From Squalus acanthias (lineage: Eukaryota), in assembly GCA_030390025.1 (NCBI GenBank), contig CM059433.1, forward strand, positions 22,012,001 to 22,076,000: a DNA stretch of 64,000 nucleotides. Direction: 5' to 3'. Positions 24,423-35,699 of this stretch are shown one piece after another. The position numbers and the translations under genes were made by a program. Below the pieces are notes generated by a model. It was not told where the DNA came from. It searched no databases and saw only the letters and a list, made by a program, of their open reading frames with translations. Every line of letters begins with the position of its first letter. Within the stretch, counting starts at the first letter, position 1.

Positions 24423-25595
24423 ATGGGGGCTCTACTGGCAGTCCCCTCGCGCTCGAGTATCTTCGGGAGAGGGAGCGGAGGCAGCGAAGAAGGGGAGAAG
24501 ATGCGCAGAGAGGGAGGAGGAGGGGCAGGAGGCTCTCAACAGGAGGTCTTACCCACCTAGGGTCTTCAGAGAGCACTTCTCTTATCTCCACATAACCGAG
24601 GAGCAGTTTATTAGGAGGCTACGCTTCACCAAAGAGGTGGTCACAGAACTCTGCCACCTCCTGCAACCAGGCCTGGCGTCTCAGAGCAGGGCAAACACAG
24701 CTCTCCCAGTAGCCCTCAAGCTCACCGTGGCTCTCAATTTCTTCACCAGCGGATCCTTCCAGTCTGCAGCAGGAGACATAGTCAACATCTCCCAGTTTGT
24801 CATCCATCGCTGCATCTGGGAGGTCACAGAGACTTTCTGCACCAGGAGAAGGGACTACGTTGTCGTCTCTCTGAGCAGAGAAAAGCAGGAGGAGTGCGCA
24901 CATGGCTTTGCCAGGATAGCGGGCTTCCCCATAGTGTAGGGCGCCATCGACTGCACCAACGTGGCTTTCGGGCGCCGCATAACAATCCTGAGATCTTCTG
25001 TAACCACAAAGGCTGCCACTCACTTATTGTGCAGTTGTCATGCGACCACGCCCAACGCATCCTGATGGTCAATGCCCACTATCCTGGCAACAGTCATGAT
25101 GCCTTCATCCTGTGTCAGACCGGTGTGCCAGCAATCTTCCAGCCACCACATCAAACCCGAGGGTGGCTGCTCAGAGACGAGAGCTATCTGCTCTGCACCT
25201 GGCTGATGAATCCCCTCTGCAACCCCAACACTCGTGCCCAGCACCCATATAATGAGACCCATGCTGCCACCAGGAACATCATCGAGCAGACCATCAGGCT
25301 GCTGAAGCAATGGTTCCGCTAACTTTGACCGCTCGGGTGGAGCCCTCCAGTAGTCAGTGGAGTGGGTGTCGCATTTGGTGGTGGTCTGCTGCATGCTCCA
25401 CAACTTGGCCATTATGAGGGTGCAACCTTTGCCAGCAGAGATTGCGGATCACCTCAGGAAGAGGACAAGGGAGAGGAGGAGCAAGAGGAAGAGGAGCAGG
25501 AGGAAGAGGACGAGGAGGAAGGGAGGAGGCAGGCAGCAAGACCCCCTTCAGCACGGGCTGTCCGTGAATGCCTCATTAGACTCCGATTCGAGTGA
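24423..25595 (+). pseudogene. Harbinger (HARBI1-like) DDE transposase pseudogene
   Basis: RRLRFTKE, LTVALNFFTSGSFQ, GFPIV*GAIDCT, YPGNSHDAFIL, YNETHAATRNIIEQTI and CCMLHNLA motifs plus an acidic tail; stops at 24937 and 25320 and frameshifts. Confidence 0.93.
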
Positions 25596-25778
25596 ATGAA
25601 ACCCCAGATCCGCGTTGCTCACCACATCCCCATCAACCACATCTCCATCATATCATCGCTCTGTCACGGAACATCACAGCGCCCTCTAGGGCACAAAACT
25701 GAAATGAGAGCCACCACAAAACAACATTCCAAACAAAATTAATAAATTTAAAATAATCAATTCACATTACAATATCAA

Positions 25779-27509
25779 CTAATCACCCTTGTGCGATCCC
25801 TTAGTGCCTGTTGTTTGGGAGCCCTTTCCTGCTTTGGTGCTCCTACGCTGTGCTCCCCCAGTGGCTGCAACATGGCTGGTGGAAGGCTGCTGAGTTTCCA
25901 TGGTGGAGACTTCAGATGGCCTTGCAGGGTGACCTCGACCAGCTCTGGACCTAGAAGGCCAGGCTGTATACTGCACCACCTTGGCATGGGCAGCAGCGGT
26001 CTGGGCTGGCTGGCTGGCTGACAGGCAGTGGGAAGGGCAATGGCGGAGTGGCAGTGGTGGGAGTAGGAATGCTGTCATCCTGAGAGAGGACAGCAGGTTC
26101 CTGCTCCACTGACCCACTGCCACTCCCCCTGGGGGGCGTCTCAGCATTCCTAGCAATCTGTTCGAGGACAGATTGCTGGCCTGCTGCGACACCCTGCAAA
26201 TCTCTTTCGACACTGGTAAAACCAGCCACGATGGCAGCAGTCTGACCTTGGGTGGTATCAAGCTGAGACTGCTTGAGAGCAGTCTGATTTTGCGTGGCAG
26301 CAAGCTGAGACTACAGGAGAGTGGTCTGCACTTCCACTGCAGCACTGAGACATTGGGTCGCTTCTGCCTGTGCTGCAATGGCAGCCGCGATATCGCCCAT
26401 CACACGCGGCATCATGTCAGGGTCGACACGGTCTCTCCTGGAGTTGTCCATCATTTCCAGCCTGGAAATCATAGGCTCCAAGCTCTGGGCAAAGCCCTGT
26501 CCAATGTTGGAGCCGGAGATCCCGCATCTACACCACCCTCTAAATTCTGCGCAGTTCCAGTTTCTGAGCTGGTGTCTGTGAGTGTCAGATGCAGTGATGG
26601 TGTGCCGCCTTCTTCTTCTCCTTCACTCTCCTCCATTTTTTCGAGGTCAGGCTGTGCGGGTGGCAGATGTTGGTCATCTGAAAGCAGAAAGGCACAAGAG
26701 TCGGGTTATGGTGAGGGGAGGGGGGTGGGAAGCAAGATACCCATGCATACAGCATCAGCAGCTTGTAAATGAGAAGCGATTGTGGGATGAAGGGGAAGTG
26801 GGATGTGAGAAGAAGGATTAGGAATGAGCATACCGTTATTGTCCCCAAAGGCTTCAACTTCACCCATTGCCACGGCCTCGGTGACTTCTCCTCCAATGAT
26901 GTCGAGCACGGACTCCTCCAGTTGGCTCAAGGCCTGTATTGCGACTTGGCTGCTTCTCGTCTGCCACTGCTCCCAGTGATTGTAAGCTACCTTAGCCTGC
27001 AAGAGAAAGGGAAGTGTGTCAGTGTGTTTGGGTGATGTGCCTGTCAGTGTGTGCAAGGTGTGAGTGTGAGAGTTGCAGCAGTGGTAAGGTTGTGAGAGGT
27101 GAAGTGAAACCATGATTGTGAGGTATGAGTGGTGATAGCTAGAGATTGTTGGTAGGTGAGTGATGGGGTGTGGTGCAAGGAGCAATGAGTAAGGTTTGTG
27201 TTGGAAATGGTGGGATATGGCATTTGCTGAAGCCTTCACTCACCTTGACCTGCTGTGTGAGGTCATTAAACTTGCGGCACTGCATCCATGTTCTGGGGAC
27301 CACGCTGTTGGCCGTCATGTATCCAGATATCTCTTGCCAGAGCCTTCTAGATGTATGGGCAAATGGTTTCCTGCCAGTCTGCGGGAAGAGGACAGCCCGC
27401 CTCCTCTTCATGGCCACCACTGGTGCCTCCTCTCCATGGCCACCACTAGTGCCTCCAGAGCCGCATCTGAGAACCTTCAGGCTCTTTCTCTCTGCTGGTG
27501 CTCAGCCAT
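25779..27509 (-). pseudogene. Harbinger Myb/SANT-like DNA-binding gene, three exons, degenerate
   Basis: Exon 1 ~27509-27244 (LWQEIS...PRTWMQCRKFNDL..VK|gtgagt); exon 2 26996-26834 (ttgcag|AKVAYN...|gtatg); exon 3 from 26677 (tttcag|) to the stop at 25779. Confidence 0.82.
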
Positions 27510-28406
27510 GCCTTCCAAGTTCAGTTGTGAATCCAAGTGGAGCTCCAAATACAATGACAATGAGGTGCTGCTGCATCAAAGCACCTCCCCTTTAAGTAGT
27601 GGAGAAAGCCTAGGCCAAACATTACTTGCAATTAGATTGCACCTGATATTGGCCCACCCGTCGAGCGGTAAGCCAATCAGCAGTGCGTTTTGCGCTGAGT
27701 CAGCACTATACCTGGACCACTTTGACCCGGCACGGCTAAAGAGCGCTCAGACATGACACCACCCGTTCTCGGGCCATATCCAATTTTTAGGCCCCTTTGT
27801 TTTAGGAATTAAAAATTAGCCTAGATTGTGCTGTAGTAACCAATAAATAGACCACATAAATAATGTTTTTATTGACGATACTGACCGTGCTTACGAACTC
27901 CTTTGCTGCTGACGTATTTTAATGATGTAACATTCTTTTTACTAACTTAATTAAATGAGTCTTGTCACAGTTGAGCCATTGCTTTATCTTCATTAGTTGT
28001 TGCTAAAGACAAATTGCATCTCCTGTGAGGTATAACACATGCACCTTTACCAGCCTCATAACTCAGGACACATATCATCACATACCTCATGGCTTTCGCA
28101 CATAATTTAGTATCAAACTCATTGCAGTTATGTCCCCTGATCCAAGACTTAAACCTTCATTTATCAATGCTTGTCTGAATGCAATTAAATGTTAACACCT
28201 CTACTTACTGTTGAATACAATCTGTTACTGTGGTGATCTCATCATTACACGAGTATCCCAAGGCAATGTACGTTTTACAGCTGGTGACTTGCTGAATGTA
28301 TTACAGTGCATTTACATTACAGCAGCAGCCTGTCTTCAGCAACGGTGCTATAATGTGTAGATACAGCACTCATGCCCTGGCTGCAGGGAGTACCTCTTCA
28401 AGACAT

Positions 28407-30875
28407 GGGCCTGGAAATTCGACGGTGCAGCGCCTGTTTAAGAGCAAAACTGGTGTCTAAGAATCCAACATGGCGGACGGGGCACACACGCTCATTACGT
28501 GCCAGAAGTGCGCCGTCCATCATATTGGATTGACCTGCTCGATAGGCGTCCAGGCATATGGCAGAACTATTTAAATCGCTGATTAAAATATTTAAATGAG
28601 GGTCCTGCATTTGTTGCAGGACCCTTTTGTGTTATTGAGTTGCCCCAGTGCCTGACTCCCCATGTAATGAACTCACCCACCAACTCATAGTGCTAACAGG
28701 CAGGAAAGACCTGCTCTGACGCCTTTGCTCCAACCAGGCCATCAGGTGACAGGCTTGGCTACTAGATGACAAGGGATATTCCCTTCAGACTTGGCTCATG
28801 ACTCCCGTCAGACACCCGGGCACAGCTGCAGAGCTGTCCTACAATGAGAGCCACGCCGCCACCAGAAATGTCATCGAGCAGACAATTGCCGTGCTCAAAC
28901 AACACTTCCATTGTCTGGACCATTCTGGAAGAGCTTTACACTACAGCCCTGAGCGGGTATCCAGATTTATGGTCGTCTGCTGCATGCTGCATAATTTTGC
29001 CACCATGAGGGACCAGTCCTTACCACCACCTGGGTTGCAAGGAGTGCAGGAGGAGGAGAAGAGAAGCAGGAGCAGCATCGACTACCAGTACCTTTAGATC
29101 CAAAAACTTTCAGAACAACTCATCAAAGAGCGTTTCACCTGAAGCATCCCTCCCATCCCCAATACACCAACAGTCCTGCAATCCTCATCACTACTGTCGT
29201 TACTACAACCATCCGATTGCCTTCCTTGAAGAATCTTCAGATAGCCATGGCGGGTGACCTCAAGCAGCTCTGGTTATTGGGGGACCGACTGCAGACTGCA
29301 GCATCTCGGCATTGGCCTGGGGCAGTCTGGACCGGCTGGCTATGTAGTACTAACAAGATCACTGGTGTAGTGTGTAGCGCAGGAGCAGGCATGCTGAGAA
29401 AGGATAGCAGGTGTCTCTCTCATGAAGCTAAGGCCACTCTTCTGAGACTGTGCCTCAGCACTCCTAGGGCTCTGCATGAGAACAGAGTGCAGGAGTGATG
29501 TGATGCGCCAGAAAGCCCTGTCAACACTGGTCCCCAAAACAAAAATGGCAGCTATCTAAGCTTCCATGACAGCAGTGTCAGAGCTGTCAGCAGAGGCACC
29601 ATTACGGTGGACGCCCCTGTCATGTTCATGGAGCCGACTGCTCGGTCCTTGTTGGACAGAATGGTCTGCGTGCTCTGCACGAAGCCTTAACAGACATTCG
29701 AGTTAGACTCAACCATACTCTGAGCCATTGTGCGCAATCTCGCCGCCAGGCTGCCCAGTGCATCTAGCATTTCCCTGTGTATGTCTGTTAGCCTTCTTTG
29801 ATAGTCTGGGCCCTCGAAGTCAGCATCTGAGTCTTCTACAGCAGAGCTAGTATGTTATCTTGCCCTCTGGTGAGCTGGCACCTGTGGAATCCTATCCCTC
29901 TACTGTAGTTCTTACACACTTGTGCCCGATCATTCACCATGTGAACACTCCATCTTTATCCTACCCTCTAAAGTACACGTGGTGCCGGTATCTAGACTTG
30001 TACTTGCTCGGGTCAATCGAATGACTGTCCTCCTCTTCCTGAAGTGGCAGAAATATCTCCACATTATCTGTACCTGAAATGAAAGCGAGGGAAAGGGTTA
30101 GCTTTTAGTGTGAAGAAGAGCGGATAGAGAGAGGTGTTTTCTGAAAGCAGCTCTCGTTTGTCATGCAGAATATGTAGGGTGAGATGGAAGTAGGAAAGGA
30201 AAAAGAGGGATAGAGTGTGACAAAACCCTCCAGCATTACCATTCAGCCAGCCATGACTCTCCCCCTGCCTGTGATGGGCAGCACCTTTTCTTCCACAGGG
30301 GAGAGGGTGTGTGGGCTGGCTCGGCCTCCTCCACTGGCAGCCTCCTGCTGCTGCTTGTGGGCAACCTTCTCCTGCAAGAAAGAAGGGAGTGTGTTAGTGA
30401 TACTCTTGTGAGATGTTTAGAGAAGGTGCCTGTCATGGTAGAATAGTAGGAATGCAGTGTTTAAGGTGCGAGGTATGAGGAAGTAAGGGTTGTAATAGTG
30501 CTGAGAATGAGAGCCTGAGGAGATGAAGGTGTAGTGAAGTGTGGTGCAGTGATTGTAGGAGCGTGAAGGGAGCGGGGGAGGGGTGTACTGTGAGTAATGT
30601 GGTGGAGTTGTGCAGAGAATAAGCGAGCAGTATTGTTACCTTGACAACTCTGGTGGGGTCATTGAACTTTTACCAGCATTGCAGCCATGTCCTAGGATCT
30701 AAGCTCTTAAAATTGAACTCCTCGGCATCCTTTTCCAACTGGCGACGAAGGTGTTGCCTGAAGGACTTTCCAAACTCCTCAGGGGAACAATTTCTCCCTC
30801 CTCCTGTCCACCGCTTGGACCAGGGATTCCAAATCAGCATCGGAGAACCTGGGTGCCATGTCGGGATGGCTTGCA
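28407..30875. mobile_element. second Harbinger relic: transposase 3' part on +, Myb gene on -
   Basis: Left end GGGCCTGGAAATTC; 28750-29140 encodes [13 protein letters not shown]...[20 protein letters not shown]...CCMLHN; Myb exon 1 at ~30640-30859 (PRTWLQCW*KFND..RVVK|gtaac); the right end is replaced by CR1 sequence. Confidence 0.85.
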
Positions 30876-31077
30876 AACATTTTTATTTTCCACATAATAG
30901 GCTTGCCAGCAAAGTTGAAGCCCATGGAATAAAAGGGACAGTGGCAGCATGGATACGAAATTGGCTAAGTGACAGGAAACAGCGAGTAGTGGTGAACGGT
31001 TGTTTTTTGGACTGGAGGAAGGTGTACAGTGAAGCTCCTCAGGGATTGGTTCTAGGACCACTGCTTTTCTTGATAGT

Positions 31078-31281
31078 AAGAGTACAGAGAACAGGATAGT
31101 TAGGCTAAATACGTGGCTTGAGCAGTGGTGTAAGAGGGAGGGTTTTAAATTTTTGAGGCATTGGAACCAGTTTTGTGGTAGGTGTGACCTATACAAAAGG
31201 GACGGTCTACACCTGTGCAAAGATGGAACTGATGTTCTCGGGGTAATTTTTGATAAAGCAGTTCGGGAGCATTTAAACTAG
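31078..31281 (+). CDS. CR1 ORF1 C-terminal fragment (SGNH esterase-like domain)
   Basis: KSTENRIVRLNTWLEQWCKREGFKFLRHWNQFCGRCDLYKRDGLHLCKDGTDVLGVIFDKAVREHLN*, with the DGLHL motif. Absent from the ORF track. Confidence 0.85.
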   Translation, partial: KSTENRIVRLNTWLEQWCKREGFKFLRHWNQFCGRCDLYKRDGLHLCKDGTDVLGVIFDKAVREHLN

Positions 31282-34223
31282 TATGGCAGGGGGCTAGAAA
31301 CCTATGTAGTGAAATAGAGGAAAGTGAAAGGCAGACAGAAATAAATGGTAAAAGGGTGAGGAACAAAAAACAAAGGGCCAAACCAATTCATAAAAAATGT
31401 GAGCATAAAAAAAGCCTGAGGGTTTTATACCTTAATGCGAGAAGCATCAGGAACAAGGTAGATGAATTAGCTGTGGAAATAGAGGTTAATAATTATGATC
31501 TAATTGGGATTACGGAAACATGGTTGCAGGGTGAGCAGGGCTGGGAGCTTAACATACAAGGGTATTCAGTATTTAGGAAGGATCGACAAAAAAGAAAGGG
31601 AGGAGGGGTAGCATTGCTGGTAAAAGAAGGGATAAATGCAATTGAAAGGAAGGATATTAACTCAGTTAATACAGAATCTATATGGGTGGAGCTAAGAAAT
31701 AGCGAGGGGCGAAAAACATTAATAGGAGTGGTATATAGGCCTCCAAATAGTAAAATAGAGGTTGGGGAGGGCATCACGAGGGAAATTAGAGAAGCGTGCA
31801 ATAAGAGCACAGCTGTCATCATAGGTGACTTTAACTTACATATAGATTGGAATAGCCTAATCAGTAAAAATAATGAGGAGGAGGAATTCCTTGAGTGTTT
31901 AAGGGATGGTTATCTGGATCAATATGTCGAGGAACCAACTCGGGAACAGGCTATATTGGACTGGGTACTGTGCAATGAGAAGGGACTAATTAGTAATCTT
32001 GTTGTACGGGGACCCTTGGGTCAGAGCGATCATAACATGATCGATTTCTCACTCGAAATGGAGAGCGAAGAAATTGACTCAGATACTAAGGTCCTGAATT
32101 TAAACAAGGGGAATTATGATGCCATTAGACGGGAACTGAGTAGGTCTGATTGGACAACGTTCCTGGGAGGACTGGAGGTAGATAAACAATGGCAAGCATT
32201 TAAAGGTAGAATGACAAAATTGCAAAAATTGTTTATACCAATCTGGCATAAAAGGAAATCTAAAAAGGTGACTCAACCGTGGATAACAGGGGAAATTAGA
32301 GACAGCATAAAATCCAAAGATAGGGCGTATAAATTAGCCAAAAAAAGCGCCAGAGCGGAAGATTGGGAACAGTTTAAGATAGAGCAAAGGAGGACAAAGG
32401 GCTTAATCAAGAGGGGCAAAATAGCTTACGAAAGCAAGCTGGCGGAAAATATAAAAACTAACTCCAAAAGCTTTTATAAGTATATCAAGAGGAAAAGACT
32501 GGTGAAAACCAAAGTTGGCCCATTGCAGTCAGATACGGGGGAATATATAACGGGAAATAAAGAAATGGCAGACCAACTAAATGCATACTTTGGGTCAGTC
32601 TTTACGAAGGAAGACACAAAAAACCTCCCTGGGATATCGGGAAAAATAGGGACATTTGCAAAGGAGGAACTGACGCAAGTCAATATCTCTAAGGATATGG
32701 TGTTAAGGAAGCTAAAGGGATTGAAGGCGGACAAATCCCCAGGGCCTGATAACATGCATCCTAGGGTGCTGAAGGAGGTGGCCCTAGAGATAGCGGATGC
32801 ACTAAGTATGATTTTTCAGAATTCATTAGACTCGGGAACAGTGCCCATGGATTGGAGGGTAGCTAACGTTACCCCACTATTCAAAAAGGGGGGTAGGGAA
32901 AAAGCAGGTAATTACAGACCTGTAAGCCTTACATCAGTTGTGGGCAAAATGCTGGAGTCCATCATTAAGGATGAAATAGCGGAGCACTTAGCAAATGGGG
33001 ACAGGATAGGACAGAGTCAACATGGATTTACAAAGGGTAAATCGTGCTTGACTAATCTATTGGAATTTTTTGAGGGAGTAACTGGTAAAATAGATGGGGG
33101 AGAGCCAGTAGATGTGGTGTACCTGGACTTCCAAAAGGCCTTCGATAAGGTCCCACATAAAAGATTAGCAGGGAAAATTGAAGCTCATGGGATAAAGGGG
33201 AAAGTATTGACGTGGATAGAGAACTGGCTGTCAGATAGAAAACAGAGAGTTGGAATAAACGGCTCATTTTCTGAATGGCTGGCAGTAACAAGTGGGGTAC
33301 CACAGGGATCTGTCCTGGGTCCCCAGCTGTTCACAATTTACATTAATGACCTGGATCAGGGAGTCGGATGCAGCATTTCCAAATTTGCAGACGACACTAA
33401 ACTAGGAGGAGGGGTGGGCTCAGAGGAGGAGACCAGGAAGCTCCAGAGTGATTTGGACAGACTGGGTGATTGGGCGGATAAATGGCAGATGCACTATAAT
33501 GTGGACAAGTGCAAAGTTATCCACCTTGGGTGCAGGAACGGGAGGGCAAATTATTATTTAAATGGCAATAAATTGGGAGAGGGGGAAGTACAGAGAGACC
33601 TGGGTGTTCTTGTACACCAGTCACTGAAGGCGAGCATGCAGGTGCAACAGGCGATCAAGAAGGCAAACGGTATGCTGGCCTTCATAGCAAAAGGGTTGGA
33701 ATACAGGAACAGGGATACCTTGCTGCAGCTGTACAGGGCACTGGTGAGACCACACCTCGAGTACTGTGTACAGTTTTGGTCGCCTCATCTGAGGAAAGAT
33801 GTTCTTGCCATGGAGGGGGTGCAGCGGCGATTCACCAGGCTGATACCAGGAATGGCGGGATTGACCTATGAGGAGAGACTATGTAGTTTAGGGATGTACA
33901 CACTGGAGTTTAGAAGATTGAGAGGGGACCTCATAGAAGTGTATAAAATTCTGACAGGTCTAGACAGACTAGATGCAGAAGGAATGTTTCCCTTGGCGGG
34001 TGAGAACAGAACTAGAGGACATAATTTAAGGATAAGGGCTAAACCATTTAGGACAGAAATGAGGGGGAATTTCTTCACTCAGAGGGTGGTGAACCTGTGG
34101 AACTCATTGCCACAGAGGGCAGTGTACGCCAGCTCATTAAATATATTTAAGAGGGAATTAGATATATTTCTACAGGCAAAAGGGGTTAAGGGTTACGGAG
34201 AGAAGGCGGGGACGGGATACTGA
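31257..34223 (+). CDS. CR1 ORF2: APE endonuclease plus reverse transcriptase, uninterrupted
   Basis: Frame is open from 31257 (the track starts it at GTG 31356). EN motifs NARS, ITETWL, YRPP, GDFN, SDH; RT motifs QHGF, KAFDKV, GVPQGSVLGP, FADD. No stops. Confidence 0.96.
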   Translation, partial: SSSGAFKLVWQGARNLCSEIEESERQTEINGKRVRNKKQRAKPIHKKCEHKKSLRVLYLNARSIRNKVDELAVEIEVNNYDLIGITETWLQGEQGWELNIQGYSVFRKDRQKRKGGGVALLVKEGINAIERKDINSVNTESIWVELRNSEGRKTLIGVVYRPPNSKIEVGEGITREIREACNKSTAVIIGDFNLHIDWNSLISKNNEEEEFLECLRDGYLDQYVEEPTREQAILDWVLCNEKGLISNLVVRGPLGQSDHNMIDFSLEMESEEIDSDTKVLNLNKGNYDAIRRELSRSDWTTFLGGLEVDKQWQAFKGRMTKLQKLFIPIWHKRKSKKVTQPWITGEIRDSIKSKDRAYKLAKKSARAEDWEQFKIEQRRTKGLIKRGKIAYESKLAENIKTNSKSFYKYIKRKRLVKTKVGPLQSDTGEYITGNKEMADQLNAYFGSVFTKEDTKNLPGISGKIGTFAKEELTQVNISKDMVLRKLKGLKADKSPGPDNMHPRVLKEVALEIADALSMIFQNSLDSGTVPMDWRVANVTPLFKKGGREKAGNYRPVSLTSVVGKMLESIIKDEIAEHLANGDRIGQSQHGFTKGKSCLTNLLEFFEGVTGKIDGGEPVDVVYLDFQKAFDKVPHKRLAGKIEAHGIKGKVLTWIENWLSDRKQRVGINGSFSEWLAVTSGVPQGSVLGPQLFTIYINDLDQGVGCSISKFADDTKLGGGVGSEEETRKLQSDLDRLGDWADKWQMHYNVDKCKVIHLGCRNGRANYYLNGNKLGEGEVQRDLGVLVHQSLKASMQVQQAIKKANGMLAFIAKGLEYRNRDTLLQLYRALVRPHLEYCVQFWSPHLRKDVLAMEGVQRRFTRLIPGMAGLTYEERLCSLGMYTLEFRRLRGDLIEVYKILTGLDRLDAEGMFPLAGENRTRGHNLRIRAKPFRTEMRGNFFTQRVVNLWNSLPQRAVYASSLNIFKRELDIFLQAKGVKGYGEKAGTGY

Positions 34224-34674
34224 ATTGGAGGATCAGCCATGATCTCATTAAATGGCGGAGCAGGCTCGAAGGGCCGGATGGCCTACTCCTGCTCCTATCT
34301 TCTATGTATCTATGTATATTAATAACTTGGATGTGGGTGTACAGGGCACAATTTCAAAATTTGCCGCTGACACAAAACTTGGAAGTATAGTGAACAGTGA
34401 GGAGGATAGTGATAGACTTCAAGAGGACATCGACAGGCTGGTGGAATGGGCGGACACGTGGCAGATGAAATTTAACGCAGAAAAGTGCAAAGTGATGCAT
34501 TTTGGTAGAAAGAATGAGGAGAGGAAAGATAAACTAAAGGGTACAATCTTAAAGGGTGTGCATGAACAGAGAGACCTAGGGGTATATGTGCATAAATCGT
34601 TGAAGGTGGCAGGGCAGGTTGAGAAAGCAGTTAAAAAAGCTTATGGGATCCTGGGCTTCATGAATAGAGATATA

Positions 34675-35541
34675 GGGCTGGATTTTACTCACCGAGACGC
34701 GTTGGGGGCGGGACTGCTGCCTTCTGGGTTCTAGTCCTGCCCCTAGCGACGTCCGACGCACAGACGCTATTTCCCCCTGATTGGCCTTGTTAAGCCCGCC
34801 CTGCGGGCTTGCTGGCCAATTAAGGGAAAGCCGGTGTCAAATGACGTCAGTTTATGACGCTTCATCTGCCGGTTTTCTTAAAGGCACATGAACCATAAAT
34901 TTTTGACAGATGATTTGACAGTGTTTGACAGCATTGAGGTGCTGTCAAACACTGACAATCACTGTACACAGGTTAGCCCTTGCACCCAGACTCTCCAATG
35001 ACTCTCTCCTTAGGATGAAACAGATGGCAGCTGCAGGTGAGGGTACAGAAGCTATCTGTCACTTCTCCCATTGAGGTGAGGCCACACAAACACTTCAAAG
35101 CTTGTCACCTGCAGAAAAATCTAAACACATTAAAAATGACTTTCCCAACATTTCCTTACCTCTGATACTCACCAGTGTCCCATTGCATCCTTCACACCAC
35201 TTCTGCAGCTGTCATATATACACCAACATAACAACAGACCCACAGCACGCCTCACTTACCCTGGCGGGGTTGCCCGACATCGGGAAGCCCGCAGCAGAAG
35301 TCACAAAATGGGAAAAAGCCTCTTAACTGCCTGTTAACTACCTGTTAATAGGCAAATAAGTGGCTATAATCCTCTTCCTGCTGCTAGGAGTCGGGTCCCT
35401 GCGCAAATTGGGGACCCGACTCCCGGGAAGATTGGTTGGAGGCGAGTTGGGAGTGGGTTCGGGACCCGCTCCCATTCTTTTTGACTTTCCCAGCAGTCCC
35501 GCCTCTAATCCCGCTTCCTCAGGACTGGTAAAATCCAGCCC
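34675..35541. mobile_element. Harbinger-type MITE
   Basis: Perfect 14-bp TIR GGGCTGGATTTTAC / GTAAAATCCAGCCC; its left end coincides with the end of the older CR1. Confidence 0.88.
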
Positions 35542-35699
35542 AGTCTTTGTTCATGCTAATTAGTTGATTTAGAAGGTAACTAATTATCTCCACCTGCTTT
35601 TGTTGACAGTTAGAAAAGGTCAGTGCTAATGGGTTACACCTGTGAGAGAGAAGTTCTAGTTTCTGACACATTTAAGACAGAGGGCGAAACAGGGAGACT

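Larger units (their letters stand above)
23194..27795. mobile_element. near-complete PIF/Harbinger transposon (degenerate) with convergent transposase and Myb/SANT genes
   Basis: Right end CCAATTTTTAGGCCCC; candidate left end GGCCTAGAAATT at 23194; both genes are present. The left boundary is uncertain. Confidence 0.8.
31076..34314 (+). mobile_element. young 5'-truncated CR1 LINE with complete ORF2
   Basis: ORF1 C-terminus, full ORF2, 3' UTR stem-loop and TCTATG-type tail. Confidence 0.96.
30888..34674 (+). mobile_element. older CR1 RT fragment (30888-31075 and 34315-34674) split by a young CR1
   Basis: GPLLFLI|YINNLDVGVQGTISKFA rejoins exactly when 31076-34314 is removed, matching the uninterrupted inverted copy near 35860. 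Confidence 0.92.

Noticed and set aside
24343..25595. Functional domesticated HARBI1 gene
   Set aside because: It has in-frame stops and frameshifts and sits within a TIR-bearing element beside its Myb partner, so it is a dead transposon copy.
31356..34223. Retron, group II intron or defence-associated reverse transcriptase
   Set aside because: The APE endonuclease plus RT, esterase ORF1 and microsatellite tail identify a CR1 LINE.
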